From IMG/VR virus record IMGVR_UViG_3300043410_001642, positions 105,120 to 141,368 of that record: a stretch of 36,249 nt of DNA; one strand, given 5' to 3'. A program made the translations under genes and the position numbers. This DNA comes from a virus. Lineage: Duplodnaviria; Heunggongvirae; Uroviricota; Caudoviricetes. The notes under the pieces were generated by a model that was not told where the DNA came from, did no database searches, and saw nothing but the letters and a program-made list of their open reading frames with translations. This document shows positions 1 through 8,982 of the stretch, one piece after another (position 1 is the stretch's first letter; every line of letters begins with the position of its first letter).

Positions 1-117
1 AGAGGTAGGAAAAGAGATGAACAAATTTCACAAGGAATGTATGATGGTCGTTTCCGAAACAAAGTAGTGCCGGATAAGAAGAAACAACAAAGTAAAAATT
101 GGTGTAGACAAAAATAA
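1..117 (+). CDS. 3' end of a small basic hypothetical protein (partial)
   Basis: Open frame from base 1 (RGRKRDEQISQGMYDGRFRNKVVPDKKK...) to TAA 115-117; not in ORF track. Confidence 0.5.
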   Translation, partial: RGRKRDEQISQGMYDGRFRNKVVPDKKKQQSKNWCRQK

Positions 118-121
118 AGTT

Positions 122-229
122 ATGAAAAAAGAAAAAACATATTTTGATGGTATTATCATAGGATTTGTAGTAACTCTCATAGGTTATTCAATCTTATTAG
201 GTATCGTAATTAGAATGCTAACACAATAA
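122..229 (+). CDS. 35-aa single-pass membrane peptide
   Basis: MKKEKTYFDGIIIGFVVTLIGYSILLGIVIRMLTQ; hydrophobic core; fills the gap between neighbours. Confidence 0.55.
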   Translation: MKKEKTYFDGIIIGFVVTLIGYSILLGIVIRMLTQ

Positions 230-240
230 CAAATAAAGTT

Positions 241-840
241 ATGATTAACAATATAGAACTTATTAAACCATTATTAAATTTCTCCGAAGTGGGGGATTTT
301 TATATGTTGTACATCTTTAAACGAAAGAAAGACCAATCAACTGATAAAGCAAACCATCAATCGGTAAGAACAATCAAAACTTATTGTATTGGAGGTATTG
401 AACAATTGGAAGAAAGGTATGATGAAATTAAGCAATTATGTGAGATGTTCAAAGCAAGAGCATACATTCATATTCAGAAACAAAACCATAAGGATGTTGC
501 GATGAATATGATTACTGAAATTGTAACTCGTATTCAATCGGGTCAAATCAATCAGAAAAATGTATTTGATTCAGTAGTTGGACAATTGAAGACAAGTGAA
601 AAGAGATGGATTGTAGATATTGATACAAAGGATTCTAACTATGTGAATGATGTAATCAATTTTATCAATTCTATTAGACCGGAAGGTGATAATGTAGAAA
701 CAACTATTCCAACCCCGAATGGAGTTCATATCATCACAAGAAGATTTGATGTAATGGAATTTAGAAAGAAATATGCTGATGTTGATGTTCAGAAAAAGAA
801 TCCAACATTATTGTTTTACCCAAATAGTTTAGATATATGA
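241..840 (+). CDS. Putative archaeo-eukaryotic primase (AEP)-fold protein
   Basis: WIVDID (hhhDhD) and TPNGVH (sxH) motifs in AEP order. Confidence 0.5.
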   Translation: MINNIELIKPLLNFSEVGDFYMLYIFKRKKDQSTDKANHQSVRTIKTYCIGGIEQLEERYDEIKQLCEMFKARAYIHIQKQNHKDVAMNMITEIVTRIQSGQINQKNVFDSVVGQLKTSEKRWIVDIDTKDSNYVNDVINFINSIRPEGDNVETTIPTPNGVHIITRRFDVMEFRKKYADVDVQKKNPTLLFYPNSLDI

Positions 841-1415
841 AAGTAATTTTTTTAGATCATGATGGTGTGATATGTTTATCATCAGAGTGGGGAGGAAGAC
901 ATAAGAAACAACGAAGATACGGCAGAAAGATGTCTCAAAGTATTATGGAAATGCCAGTTGATGTTAGATTTGATAATTTTAATAAGAAAGCAATTGATGT
1001 ATTAAATGAAATATTGGAAGAAACAAATTGTAGTATTGTTGTCTCATCTGATTGGAAAAGATGGGCAAGTGTTGAGGAGATGGGTGAGTATTATGAATCA
1101 CAGGGTATCAAAATTAAACCAATAGGATTTACTAAATCAATTAATGATTGTGAAGTGCCAGAAGATTTCAGTTTCTCTCGTCAATTTGATTTAGAACAAC
1201 AAAGACACTTTGAAATTCTACAATATCTTAAAGATAATCCACAAATTACTCATTGGGTAGCAGTGGATGATTTGAATATGGGTAAGATTCAGAGCAATAC
1301 ATGGGGAGATATGGAATTGGATTGGGGTTTAGATAACTTTGTTCTAACACCAAGAGGAAGTGAAGGAATTAAACAAAGTGGAATTAAAGAAAAGATTATA
1401 GAATTCTTAAAATAA
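837..1415 (+). CDS. HAD-superfamily phosphatase, Swiss-Army-Knife RNA repair type
   Basis: VIFLDHDGVI motif I, IVVSSDWK motif II, WVAVDD motif IV; ATGA overlap with upstream gene. Confidence 0.8.
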   Translation: MKVIFLDHDGVICLSSEWGGRHKKQRRYGRKMSQSIMEMPVDVRFDNFNKKAIDVLNEILEETNCSIVVSSDWKRWASVEEMGEYYESQGIKIKPIGFTKSINDCEVPEDFSFSRQFDLEQQRHFEILQYLKDNPQITHWVAVDDLNMGKIQSNTWGDMELDWGLDNFVLTPRGSEGIKQSGIKEKIIEFLK

Positions 1416-1420
1416 GAGTT

Positions 1421-2071
1421 ATGAAAATTATATTAAACAAAGGGCAAAAGTTATTCTTTACAAGTGATACACACTATAACCATGCTAACATTTGTTCTGC
1501 TACAACGAAGTGGAAAGACCCGGTTACATTAAGAGAGTTCAAAACATTAGAACATATGAACTCACATTTAGCCGGTAATATCAACGAAGTAGTTAGACAA
1601 GATGATATCCTAATTCACTTAGGTGATTGGAGTTTTGGTGGATTTGAAAGTATAGAACAATTTAGAAATCAAATCGTTTGTCAAAACATCCACATCGTAA
1701 CCGGTAATCATGATCATCACATTGAAAACAATAGAGGTGATTGCCAAAAGTTATTCAGTTCAGTGAGTAAATATATGGAATTGAATGTGAAATGGCCGGT
1801 AGGGCCTGAAATGCACGATGCTAATTTTGTATTGATGCACTTTCCGATAGCAAGTTGGAACAATATGGCAAGGGGAGCAATTCATTTGCATGGACATGTT
1901 CATTTCAATCCTAATATGAGATTGCAAGAAGGTAAGATGATGGATGTGGGATGTGATGGTAATATGTTATATCCAATTGGAATGGGTGAAGTATTACACA
2001 TAATGAAAGATAGACCTATTAAATCTTTATTCAAACAAGACCACCACGAAATTGTGGAAAACTATAAATAA
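1421..2071 (+). CDS. Calcineurin-like metallophosphoesterase
   Basis: SDTH, LGD, GNHD, MHFP, HGHVH motifs. Confidence 0.9.
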   Translation: MKIILNKGQKLFFTSDTHYNHANICSATTKWKDPVTLREFKTLEHMNSHLAGNINEVVRQDDILIHLGDWSFGGFESIEQFRNQIVCQNIHIVTGNHDHHIENNRGDCQKLFSSVSKYMELNVKWPVGPEMHDANFVLMHFPIASWNNMARGAIHLHGHVHFNPNMRLQEGKMMDVGCDGNMLYPIGMGEVLHIMKDRPIKSLFKQDHHEIVENYK

Positions 2072-2077
2072 AAAAAT

Positions 2078-2272
2078 ATGAAATTAGGTTTATTTGATTT
2101 ATTTGATGGGGCAATTGCGGAATTATTAGAAGTAGATGTAGAAACATACATCAGAATAATTGAAGATGAGAATACTACCGATGAGGAGCAAGAGCAAATC
2201 ATTATGGGTATATTAAGCGAAGATGAAGAACAAAAGGTAAAAGCAAAAGAATTATTTAAAAGTAAGTTATGA
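2078..2272 (+). CDS. Small acidic hypothetical protein
   Basis: ORF track 64 aa, D/E rich, operonic spacing. Confidence 0.65.
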   Translation: MKLGLFDLFDGAIAELLEVDVETYIRIIEDENTTDEEQEQIIMGILSEDEEQKVKAKELFKSKL

Positions 2273-2682
2273 AAAATTTAATCTTATTAAGGGGATTGCC
2301 AGGTAGTGGTAAATCTACATTCGCTAAAACTATGTGGAGTGAGTTAGTAGTTTGTGAAGCCGATGATTACTTTGTAGATGAAGAAACTGGTGAATATAAG
2401 TTCAATGCGAGAGATTTACCCAAAGCACACAATTGGTGTAAGTTTAGAGTAGAAACATTTATGAAGGATAATCAGGTGAATGACCAATTCTATCCAAACA
2501 TTGTAGTATCTAATACATTCACACAAGAGTGGGAGATGGAAGACTACTTTAAGTTAGGTGAAAAGTATGGATATAAAGTATTTACCCTAATTGTTGAGAA
2601 TAGACATGGGGGTCTAAATGGACATGGAGTACCAAAAGAAAAGTTGGAGCAAATGAAAGAAAGATTCAATATTAAATTATAG
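2269..2682 (+). CDS. P-loop kinase, polynucleotide kinase-like (AAA_33 type)
   Basis: LRGLPGSGKST Walker A, EADDYF, VSNTFTQEWEM. Confidence 0.8.
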   Translation: MKNLILLRGLPGSGKSTFAKTMWSELVVCEADDYFVDEETGEYKFNARDLPKAHNWCKFRVETFMKDNQVNDQFYPNIVVSNTFTQEWEMEDYFKLGEKYGYKVFTLIVENRHGGLNGHGVPKEKLEQMKERFNIKL

Positions 2683-2685
2683 TAT

Positions 2686-2886
2686 ATGACACTAAAGGAA
2701 TTAAAAGATTTTATCAATAAGTTACCCGATAGGTTCAACGAATATGAAGTAGAGAATGCTGAATATATGGGTGGTGATGAAGAAGATGTAAAATATCGTT
2801 TGGATAAACCCATAATCGCTATATATGTTAGAGAGGATACCAAAGAAATTTTAATAATGAATAAACCAATGGAGGAATATAAATAA
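2686..2886 (+). CDS. Hypothetical protein
   Basis: ORF track 66 aa, tight spacing. Confidence 0.65.
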   Translation: MTLKELKDFINKLPDRFNEYEVENAEYMGGDEEDVKYRLDKPIIAIYVREDTKEILIMNKPMEEYK

Positions 2887-2889
2887 GTT

Positions 2890-3324
2890 ATGACAAACCA
2901 TATAGATGAATTTTTCAATGATGATTTTGTTCCAAATTTTCCACCTAATCAATCCTTTGAATATACAATGATTCCAACACAAAAATTAGAAGCATATAAA
3001 CGATTGTTAGATGATACCTTTCAACTACAATTAAATGCAGGTGATTTTTTCTACTATGCTTGTGCTCAAATGTTGAATGTAGTTTCGGAAGATGTTGATT
3101 GGGTAGTGGAACATATTCAACAATTTGGTGATGAAGGATTATATTCAGCCATGGCGTATATTCAAAACCAACAACCAATCAACCCATATTTAACGATTAA
3201 GTTTACCGATGCAATGAAAGTATTGGTGGATAGAAAGCAAGAGGTCTTTGGTGATATTGATTGGGAATATCATGGATACAAAGAAGATGGCCCATATAGA
3301 ACTATAAACGAAGAATGGTTATGA
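2890..3324 (+). CDS. Hypothetical protein
   Basis: ORF track 144 aa. Confidence 0.7.
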   Translation: MTNHIDEFFNDDFVPNFPPNQSFEYTMIPTQKLEAYKRLLDDTFQLQLNAGDFFYYACAQMLNVVSEDVDWVVEHIQQFGDEGLYSAMAYIQNQQPINPYLTIKFTDAMKVLVDRKQEVFGDIDWEYHGYKEDGPYRTINEEWL

Positions 3325-3740
3325 AACAATTCAATAATAGATACGAAGCAATAAAGGAATTCCGGAACTATCAACCAATGAATGAGGAAGTTGTAGATTT
3401 CTGGACTAAATACGATTGGGGTAAATGGAAAATGGGAGATTGGGTATTGTTTCAGTATATCAAATGTAGAGAGAATAAAATCAGTAGACCTATCTATGGT
3501 ATGTTTGTGGATTTTACAATATGGGATCAGGCATTAGTAGTTCATATAATTGAAAAACAAAGAGCAATGAGATGGCATACTGATATACTAACTAATCCTG
3601 AATTGGATATAACAATGAGATTAGGTGAGTTAGACCCGGAAGTAGAAGCATTTGAATTATGGACTGGTAATATTAAAGTGTTAGGGCATTGGAAAACTAA
3701 ACCAAGAATATCTGAATTAAAAGAGGCATTAAATAAATAA
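3315..3740 (+). CDS. Hypothetical protein (start may be 3321)
   Basis: ORF track 141 aa. Confidence 0.7.
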   Translation: MVMKQFNNRYEAIKEFRNYQPMNEEVVDFWTKYDWGKWKMGDWVLFQYIKCRENKISRPIYGMFVDFTIWDQALVVHIIEKQRAMRWHTDILTNPELDITMRLGELDPEVEAFELWTGNIKVLGHWKTKPRISELKEALNK

Positions 3741-3743
3741 GTT

Positions 3744-4145
3744 ATGAACCCACAATTAGAAGCATTAAAGAAACATTTGGAATCCGATGAGGGTAAAGCA
3801 TCTATGAAACGATTTGTTGAAAAGATGGCTAATAGATATACTGTCAGACAACGATGGGTTGAAAAGATTCATACCTACTATGGTAATGATATTGATTCAC
3901 TAACTGAAAAGTTGATGGATAAGTATTATTCAAAAGAGTATAGTGATAGGGAACATTTTAAATGTAACTGCGAACCAAGAGAACCTCTATTATGGGTGTT
4001 AATGGAATATGCAGAAACTTATGGTAAGAAATGTAAGAACAAAAAGTATTACAATATGTTTACCGGAGTTGCATATTATTTGGGTTCGTATGTAATTCAA
4101 ACAATGCACGGACAAGGTTCAGTAATTAGAATAGATAAAAAATAA
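3744..4145 (+). CDS. Hypothetical protein
   Basis: ORF track 133 aa. Confidence 0.7.
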   Translation: MNPQLEALKKHLESDEGKASMKRFVEKMANRYTVRQRWVEKIHTYYGNDIDSLTEKLMDKYYSKEYSDREHFKCNCEPREPLLWVLMEYAETYGKKCKNKKYYNMFTGVAYYLGSYVIQTMHGQGSVIRIDKK

Positions 4146-4177
4146 TTTGGAAAATTCAATAATTTTTCATATATTTA
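4146..4177 (+). promoter_or_regulatory. Bacteroidota-type sigma-A promoter (-33/-7)
   Basis: TTTGG 4146-4150 and TATATTTA 4170-4177; ATG at 4185. Confidence 0.7.
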
Positions 4178-4184
4178 CAAAGTT

Positions 4185-4478
4185 ATGACACAACAAGAAT
4201 TCAATACAAAATACAAACAATACATACCTGAAGGTTGGGGTGGATTGGAATTCGGTATACCAGAAGTTACTGATTATTTGGATAGTATTATGGATTATGG
4301 ATTAGTGAATCTACCTAATTTCAAATTACATCAAATCAAATTAAAGTTTGGTATGTGTAGATTCTATTTTGAAACATCTATGGAAAATAAAAAGCTAGAA
4401 GCGATTATTGAATTTGGAATAGAACAACAAGTGAATAATATATTAATGAAAATATTAAAAGATGGAAAACTTAAATAG
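4185..4478 (+). CDS. Hypothetical phage protein with QIKLKFGxxRFY motif
   Basis: ORF track 97 aa; motif resembles a common phage QxKEKFGxLRFY family. Confidence 0.65.
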   Translation: MTQQEFNTKYKQYIPEGWGGLEFGIPEVTDYLDSIMDYGLVNLPNFKLHQIKLKFGMCRFYFETSMENKKLEAIIEFGIEQQVNNILMKILKDGKLK

Positions 4479-5589
4479 TGTTTGTTACATTGCGGTAATC
4501 AATGAGATTAGAGCAATTGATGGTGCTGATAACATTGAATTAGCAGTAGCAGGTGGATGGAATTGTATTACTAAAAAAGGAGAACAAAAGGTTGGTGATA
4601 TGACTATGATTGCCACAACTGATGCGGTAATTCCTTTTGAACTTTCCGAAAAGATGGGAGTTACTAACTATTTGAGAAACGGAGGAAGAGTTAAGACTGT
4701 AAAGTTGAGAGGTGTATATTCAGAGTGTTTAATCATTCCTATGAAACATATTCCATTTATGGAAAATTACTATGAAGGTAAGGATATGATGTATGCAATG
4801 AATATCTACAAATATGAACCACCTGTTAAGACCGTTCAATTAGCAAGTGGTAGAAAGATTCGTTATCAAGATAATCCAAACTTTCATGTCTATTACAAAT
4901 TCCCCAACTTAAAGAATGTGCCAGGAATGTTTAATGAGGATGACATGGTTGAAATCACTCGTAAGATTCACGGAACAAATGCCAGATATGGAATTGTTAA
5001 GAAAACTAAATTATCCTTATTTGATAAGATTAAGAAATTCTTACGATTAGCAGATAAGTGGATTGATTATGAATTCGTAGTTGGTTCTCATAATGTAGAA
5101 AAGGGTTCTGATTCACAAGGTTTCTATGATACTAATGTATGGTATGAAATTGAAAAAAAATATGACATCAAAAACAAATTATGGAAATATGTACGAGCAT
5201 ATGAACCAGCGGTAATAGGTGATGGTGTTACCCTATATGGTGAGATTTACGGAGCTGGAATTCAAAAGGGATATGATTATGGGTTGAAAGAGATTGAGTT
5301 CGTAGGATTTGATATAAAGGGTAATGGTGAGTATTTACCTACTTACAATGCTTGGGCAATAATTGAAAAACAATTAGAATTACCATATGTGAAGGTTTTA
5401 CATTATGGCGATTGGTCACAAGAAGTTCAAGATAAGTTTGTATTCAACAACTTCATCAAAGGAACAAAAGTACCACATGAAGGTATTGTAATCAAATACC
5501 ATACAGGTGAAAGACAAAAGATTGCTAAAGTAATCAACCCAGATTATTTAATCTATGGTGAGAAACATAACATTGGGGATTCACATTGA
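4462..5589 (+). CDS. ATP-dependent RNA ligase, Rnl2/DRB0094 family
   Basis: N-terminal ADNIELA..GWNCITKKG module; motif I RKIHGTN, III GEIYG, IIIa FVGFDI, IV EGIVIK, V AKVIN. Confidence 0.88.
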   Translation: MENLNSVCYIAVINEIRAIDGADNIELAVAGGWNCITKKGEQKVGDMTMIATTDAVIPFELSEKMGVTNYLRNGGRVKTVKLRGVYSECLIIPMKHIPFMENYYEGKDMMYAMNIYKYEPPVKTVQLASGRKIRYQDNPNFHVYYKFPNLKNVPGMFNEDDMVEITRKIHGTNARYGIVKKTKLSLFDKIKKFLRLADKWIDYEFVVGSHNVEKGSDSQGFYDTNVWYEIEKKYDIKNKLWKYVRAYEPAVIGDGVTLYGEIYGAGIQKGYDYGLKEIEFVGFDIKGNGEYLPTYNAWAIIEKQLELPYVKVLHYGDWSQEVQDKFVFNNFIKGTKVPHEGIVIKYHTGERQKIAKVINPDYLIYGEKHNIGDSH

Positions 5590-5594
5590 TAATC

Positions 5595-5620
5595 AATGGG
5601 TTAGAAATAACCCATTTTTT
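5595..5620 (+). terminator. Intrinsic terminator
   Basis: AATGGGTT-agaaat-AACCCATT followed by a T run. Confidence 0.75.
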
Positions 5621-5621
5621 A

Positions 5622-5653
5622 TTTGGAAATGTGAGCACTTTTTCGTATATTTG
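5622..5653 (+). promoter_or_regulatory. Bacteroidota-type promoter for the Prs/Nampt/NDT operon
   Basis: TTTGG 5622-5626, TATATTTG 5646-5653. Confidence 0.8.
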
Positions 5654-5672
5654 AATATAATAAAAAGATAAA

Positions 5673-6551
5673 ATGCAGATATTAAATCTAACAAACTTTG
5701 AAGAATCTAACATTAAGTTCTTCATAAATCAATTCCCCGATGGGCAACAATCTATTACCATTGATTTCAAATCGGACATTACCTTAAAGCTAGATAAAAC
5801 AATTCGTATAAAATCCAGAATGAATTCATTTAAGGATGTTGAATTGATTATTTGTGCTAATCAATCTCTGAAAGATTTGGGAGTTGAGAATGTAGAATTA
5901 TATGTTCCCTATTTTTTAGGAGGTAGAAGTGATAGAAGATTTCTAGCCGGTCAAACTAACTATCTTAAGAATGTTATTTGCCCGATTATTAATTCACAAG
6001 GATTCTCAAAAGTTTATGTAGTGGATCCTCATAGTGATGTGTTGGAAGCGTGTTTGAATAACTTTAATAAATTTACTAATAATAGTATAGTTGAATATAC
6101 ATTGGATAAACTTAATGGTCGTTCCTCTCAAACTATGTTAGTATCTCCCGATGCCGGTGCATTAAAAAAGATTTATGATATTGCTAAAGATTTCAATATC
6201 AAAAATGTAGTAACTGCATCAAAGGTTAGAGATATTGAAAGTGGTAATATTGTTAGAACCGAATTACCAACGATGGATTTAACTGATATAGAACAAATTA
6301 TTATTATTGATGATATATGTGATGGAGGTAGAACCTTTATTGAATTGGCTAAAGTAATTAAAGAACAAACGGATAAGCCGATTTATTTGGTTGTTACTCA
6401 TGGTATATTCAGTGGAGGATTTGAAAAGTTAAGTGATGTATTAGATGGTATCTTCTGCACGAATAGTATTAAAAATATTGACTTTGATATTGTTAAAGTT
6501 CAATCAAGACAAAATAGTTCAGATTTCGTAAAACAATTAAATATATTCTAA
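5673..6551 (+). CDS. prs: Ribose-phosphate pyrophosphokinase homolog (candidate NARP1 Adps)
   Basis: FPDGQ, YVPYFLGGRSDRRF, VDPHS, VSPDAGA, PRT motif IIIIDDICDGGRTF. Confidence 0.88.
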   Translation: MQILNLTNFEESNIKFFINQFPDGQQSITIDFKSDITLKLDKTIRIKSRMNSFKDVELIICANQSLKDLGVENVELYVPYFLGGRSDRRFLAGQTNYLKNVICPIINSQGFSKVYVVDPHSDVLEACLNNFNKFTNNSIVEYTLDKLNGRSSQTMLVSPDAGALKKIYDIAKDFNIKNVVTASKVRDIESGNIVRTELPTMDLTDIEQIIIIDDICDGGRTFIELAKVIKEQTDKPIYLVVTHGIFSGGFEKLSDVLDGIFCTNSIKNIDFDIVKVQSRQNSSDFVKQLNIF

Positions 6552-6554
6552 AAT

Positions 6555-8018
6555 ATGAACCCATTATTATTAACCGACGGTTACAAAACAGGTCATCATC
6601 AGCAATATCCTAAAGGAACAACTTTAGTATATTCAAACTTCACACCCCGTTCTAACAAATATGCACCGAAAGGATGTGATGAAGTAGTATCATTCGGGCA
6701 ACAAATGATTATGAAACAAATTCATGAAGCATTTGAAACGGAGTTCTTCTCTAAACCAAAGGATGAAGTATGTGGTGAGATGAAGAAAGAGTTAAGTTTA
6801 TATTTGGGAACTGAATATGATGTTACACATTTTGAGAAGTTACATGATTTAGGATATCTACCTATCAATGTTAAAGGTATTGAAGAAGGAACATTAGTTC
6901 CAATGAAAGTACCTGTATTAACAATCTATAATACATTGCCAGAGTTCTATTGGGTAACAAACTACTTAGAAACAATCATTTCTAACCTATTATGGAAACC
7001 AATGACATCTGCTACAATTGCACACACATATCGTAAGGTATTGACTAAGTGGCAAGAAAAGACAGATGCTGAAAAAGGTTGGTTTGTTGATTGGCAAGGG
7101 CATGATTTCTCTATGAGAGGAATGGATAGTATTGAAGCGACTATTGCAAGTGGATTGGGACACTTAACATCATTTAGTGGAACGGATTCATTACCTGCAA
7201 TTGGTGGAGCAAGAAAATTCTATGGAGAAGAAGGATTCGTTGGAGGTTCAGTAAATGCTACCGAACATAGTGTAATGTGTGCAGGTGGTAAAGAAGATGA
7301 AATAGAAACATTCCGTAGATTATTAAACACATATCCAACTGGCATCTTATCAGTGGTAAGTGATACATGGGATTTATGGAAAGTATGTACCGAACATATC
7401 GTAACTCTTAAAGAAGAAATCTTAGCAAGAGATGGTAAATTGGTTATACGACCTGATAGTGGAGACCCGGTTGATATTCTTTGTGGTAAGATGTTCCCAT
7501 TAGGTGCAACATTGACAGGAAGACAAATCAGCGAAAGTAAAGGTGTTATTCAATTACTATGGGAAGCGTTTGGTGGAACAACAAATGAGCAAGGATATAA
7601 AGTATTAGATTCTCATATCGGTGCAATCTATGGTGATAGTATTACAATTGATAGAGCAAATGAAATTTGTGAAAGATTAGAAAGAAAAGGATTTGCATCT
7701 ACTAATGTTGTATTAGGTATTGGTTCATTCACTTATCAGTATAACACAAGAGATACATTTGGATTCGCAATGAAAGCAACATATGTTGAAGTAAATGGTG
7801 AAGCAAGAGAAATCTTCAAAGACCCAATTACCGATGATGGTACAAAGAAATCTGCCACAGGTTTATTGGCTGTGTCAAGAGATGCATTTGGCAACATTGC
7901 TCTTAATGATAAAGTTGGTTGGGATTTAGAATCATTAGGATTATTGAAACCTATCTATGTGGATGGTGTATTCGGAGAACAAACAACATTAACTGAAATT
8001 AAAAACCGATTAAAATAA
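6555..8018 (+). CDS. nadV: Nicotinamide phosphoribosyltransferase homolog (candidate NARP1 Namat)
   Basis: LLTDGYKTGH, HDFSMRG, ATEHSVMC, SVVSDTWD, VIRPDSGDP, IYGDSIT, FAMKAT, KDPITDDGTKKSATG. Confidence 0.92.
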   Translation: MNPLLLTDGYKTGHHQQYPKGTTLVYSNFTPRSNKYAPKGCDEVVSFGQQMIMKQIHEAFETEFFSKPKDEVCGEMKKELSLYLGTEYDVTHFEKLHDLGYLPINVKGIEEGTLVPMKVPVLTIYNTLPEFYWVTNYLETIISNLLWKPMTSATIAHTYRKVLTKWQEKTDAEKGWFVDWQGHDFSMRGMDSIEATIASGLGHLTSFSGTDSLPAIGGARKFYGEEGFVGGSVNATEHSVMCAGGKEDEIETFRRLLNTYPTGILSVVSDTWDLWKVCTEHIVTLKEEILARDGKLVIRPDSGDPVDILCGKMFPLGATLTGRQISESKGVIQLLWEAFGGTTNEQGYKVLDSHIGAIYGDSITIDRANEICERLERKGFASTNVVLGIGSFTYQYNTRDTFGFAMKATYVEVNGEAREIFKDPITDDGTKKSATGLLAVSRDAFGNIALNDKVGWDLESLGLLKPIYVDGVFGEQTTLTEIKNRLK

Positions 8019-8494
8019 TGGTAGTAGTTAAACCCGGAAACGATAACTTATATTATAGTAAGAATAATGTCAAAATATTTTTAGCAGGTTCTATTGAGAT
8101 GGGAGCAGCTGAAGAATGGCAGAAAGTAATTGAAGATACATTTAGACATAAATCTGAATTAGTGATATTCAATCCTCGTAGAGATGATTGGGATAGTAGT
8201 TGGGAACAAAAAGAATCAAATGGGCAATTCAACTATCAAGTTAATTGGGAGTTGGATAGATTAACCGAATCAGATATCATTTTTATGTATTTTGCACCGG
8301 ATACTAAATCACCTATCAGTTTATTAGAATTAGGATTATATGCTGGAAGTAAGAAAATGATTGTAGTTTGTCCAGATAGTTTTTGGAGAAAGGGTAATGT
8401 TGATATTGTATGTAATAGATATGATATTCCTATTTATGAAACATTGGATAAAGGAATTGGTGCTTTGAGAACCAGATTGAAAGATGTAAGATAA
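8018..8494 (+). CDS. Nucleoside 2-deoxyribosyltransferase-like (NDT superfamily) protein
   Basis: IFLAGSI, FNPRRDDW, QVNWEL, SPISLLELG; ATG overlaps the upstream TAA. Confidence 0.85.
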   Translation: MVVVKPGNDNLYYSKNNVKIFLAGSIEMGAAEEWQKVIEDTFRHKSELVIFNPRRDDWDSSWEQKESNGQFNYQVNWELDRLTESDIIFMYFAPDTKSPISLLELGLYAGSKKMIVVCPDSFWRKGNVDIVCNRYDIPIYETLDKGIGALRTRLKDVR

Positions 8495-8495
8495 A

Positions 8496-8527
8496 TTTGG
8501 AAATGTAAAATAATAATAGTATATTTG
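8496..8527 (+). promoter_or_regulatory. Bacteroidota-type promoter for the DIP1984-like gene and RNA
   Basis: TTTGG 8496-8500, TATATTTG 8520-8527. Confidence 0.75.
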
Positions 8528-8548
8528 TAAAAATAAAATCATAAAACA

Positions 8549-8977
8549 ATGAATGTAAAACAGGCATTAAAACAAAAGAACAAATTAGTAACTGAATTGA
8601 AAGCTAGTTATGAGATTTTGAAAAAGTATAACTCAATTGAGGAAGGTAATCCTCGTAGATATTCAATGAATGATACATTGGATAAAATTACTAACTTATC
8701 AAATGAGTTAGTAGAGTTAAAAGCACAAATTCATAAAGCAAATCAACCGGTGTATGATAAAATCTTTGCATTGGCAGAGTTGAAAGGATTGGTAAAGGAA
8801 TTAAAGAAAGTTCCAACGGATGAAGGAAAGCAAGTGGAAAGATATGGAAGTGTTGCTTCAGTAAAAGAAGTAGAATTAACTATTGTAGATATCCAAAACA
8901 AAGTTGATATCTTAACTACGAAAATTGAAGAGTTGCAAAATGAATTGGATATTCATAATGCGAATACTCAAATCTAA
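8549..8977 (+). CDS. DIP1984-family-like coiled-coil protein
   Basis: All-helical; N-terminal ALKQKNKL...NSIEEG, central IHKAN, C-terminal KIEELQNELDIHNANTQI resemble that family. Confidence 0.6.
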   Translation: MNVKQALKQKNKLVTELKASYEILKKYNSIEEGNPRRYSMNDTLDKITNLSNELVELKAQIHKANQPVYDKIFALAELKGLVKELKKVPTDEGKQVERYGSVASVKEVELTIVDIQNKVDILTTKIEELQNELDIHNANTQI

Positions 8978-8982
8978 AAATA

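Noticed and set aside
5584-5598. CATTGAT-A-ATCAATG palindrome resembling the early-region dyad box
   Set aside because: Overlaps the ligase stop and terminator, lacks the TAACTC half and is a single copy; may be coincidental.
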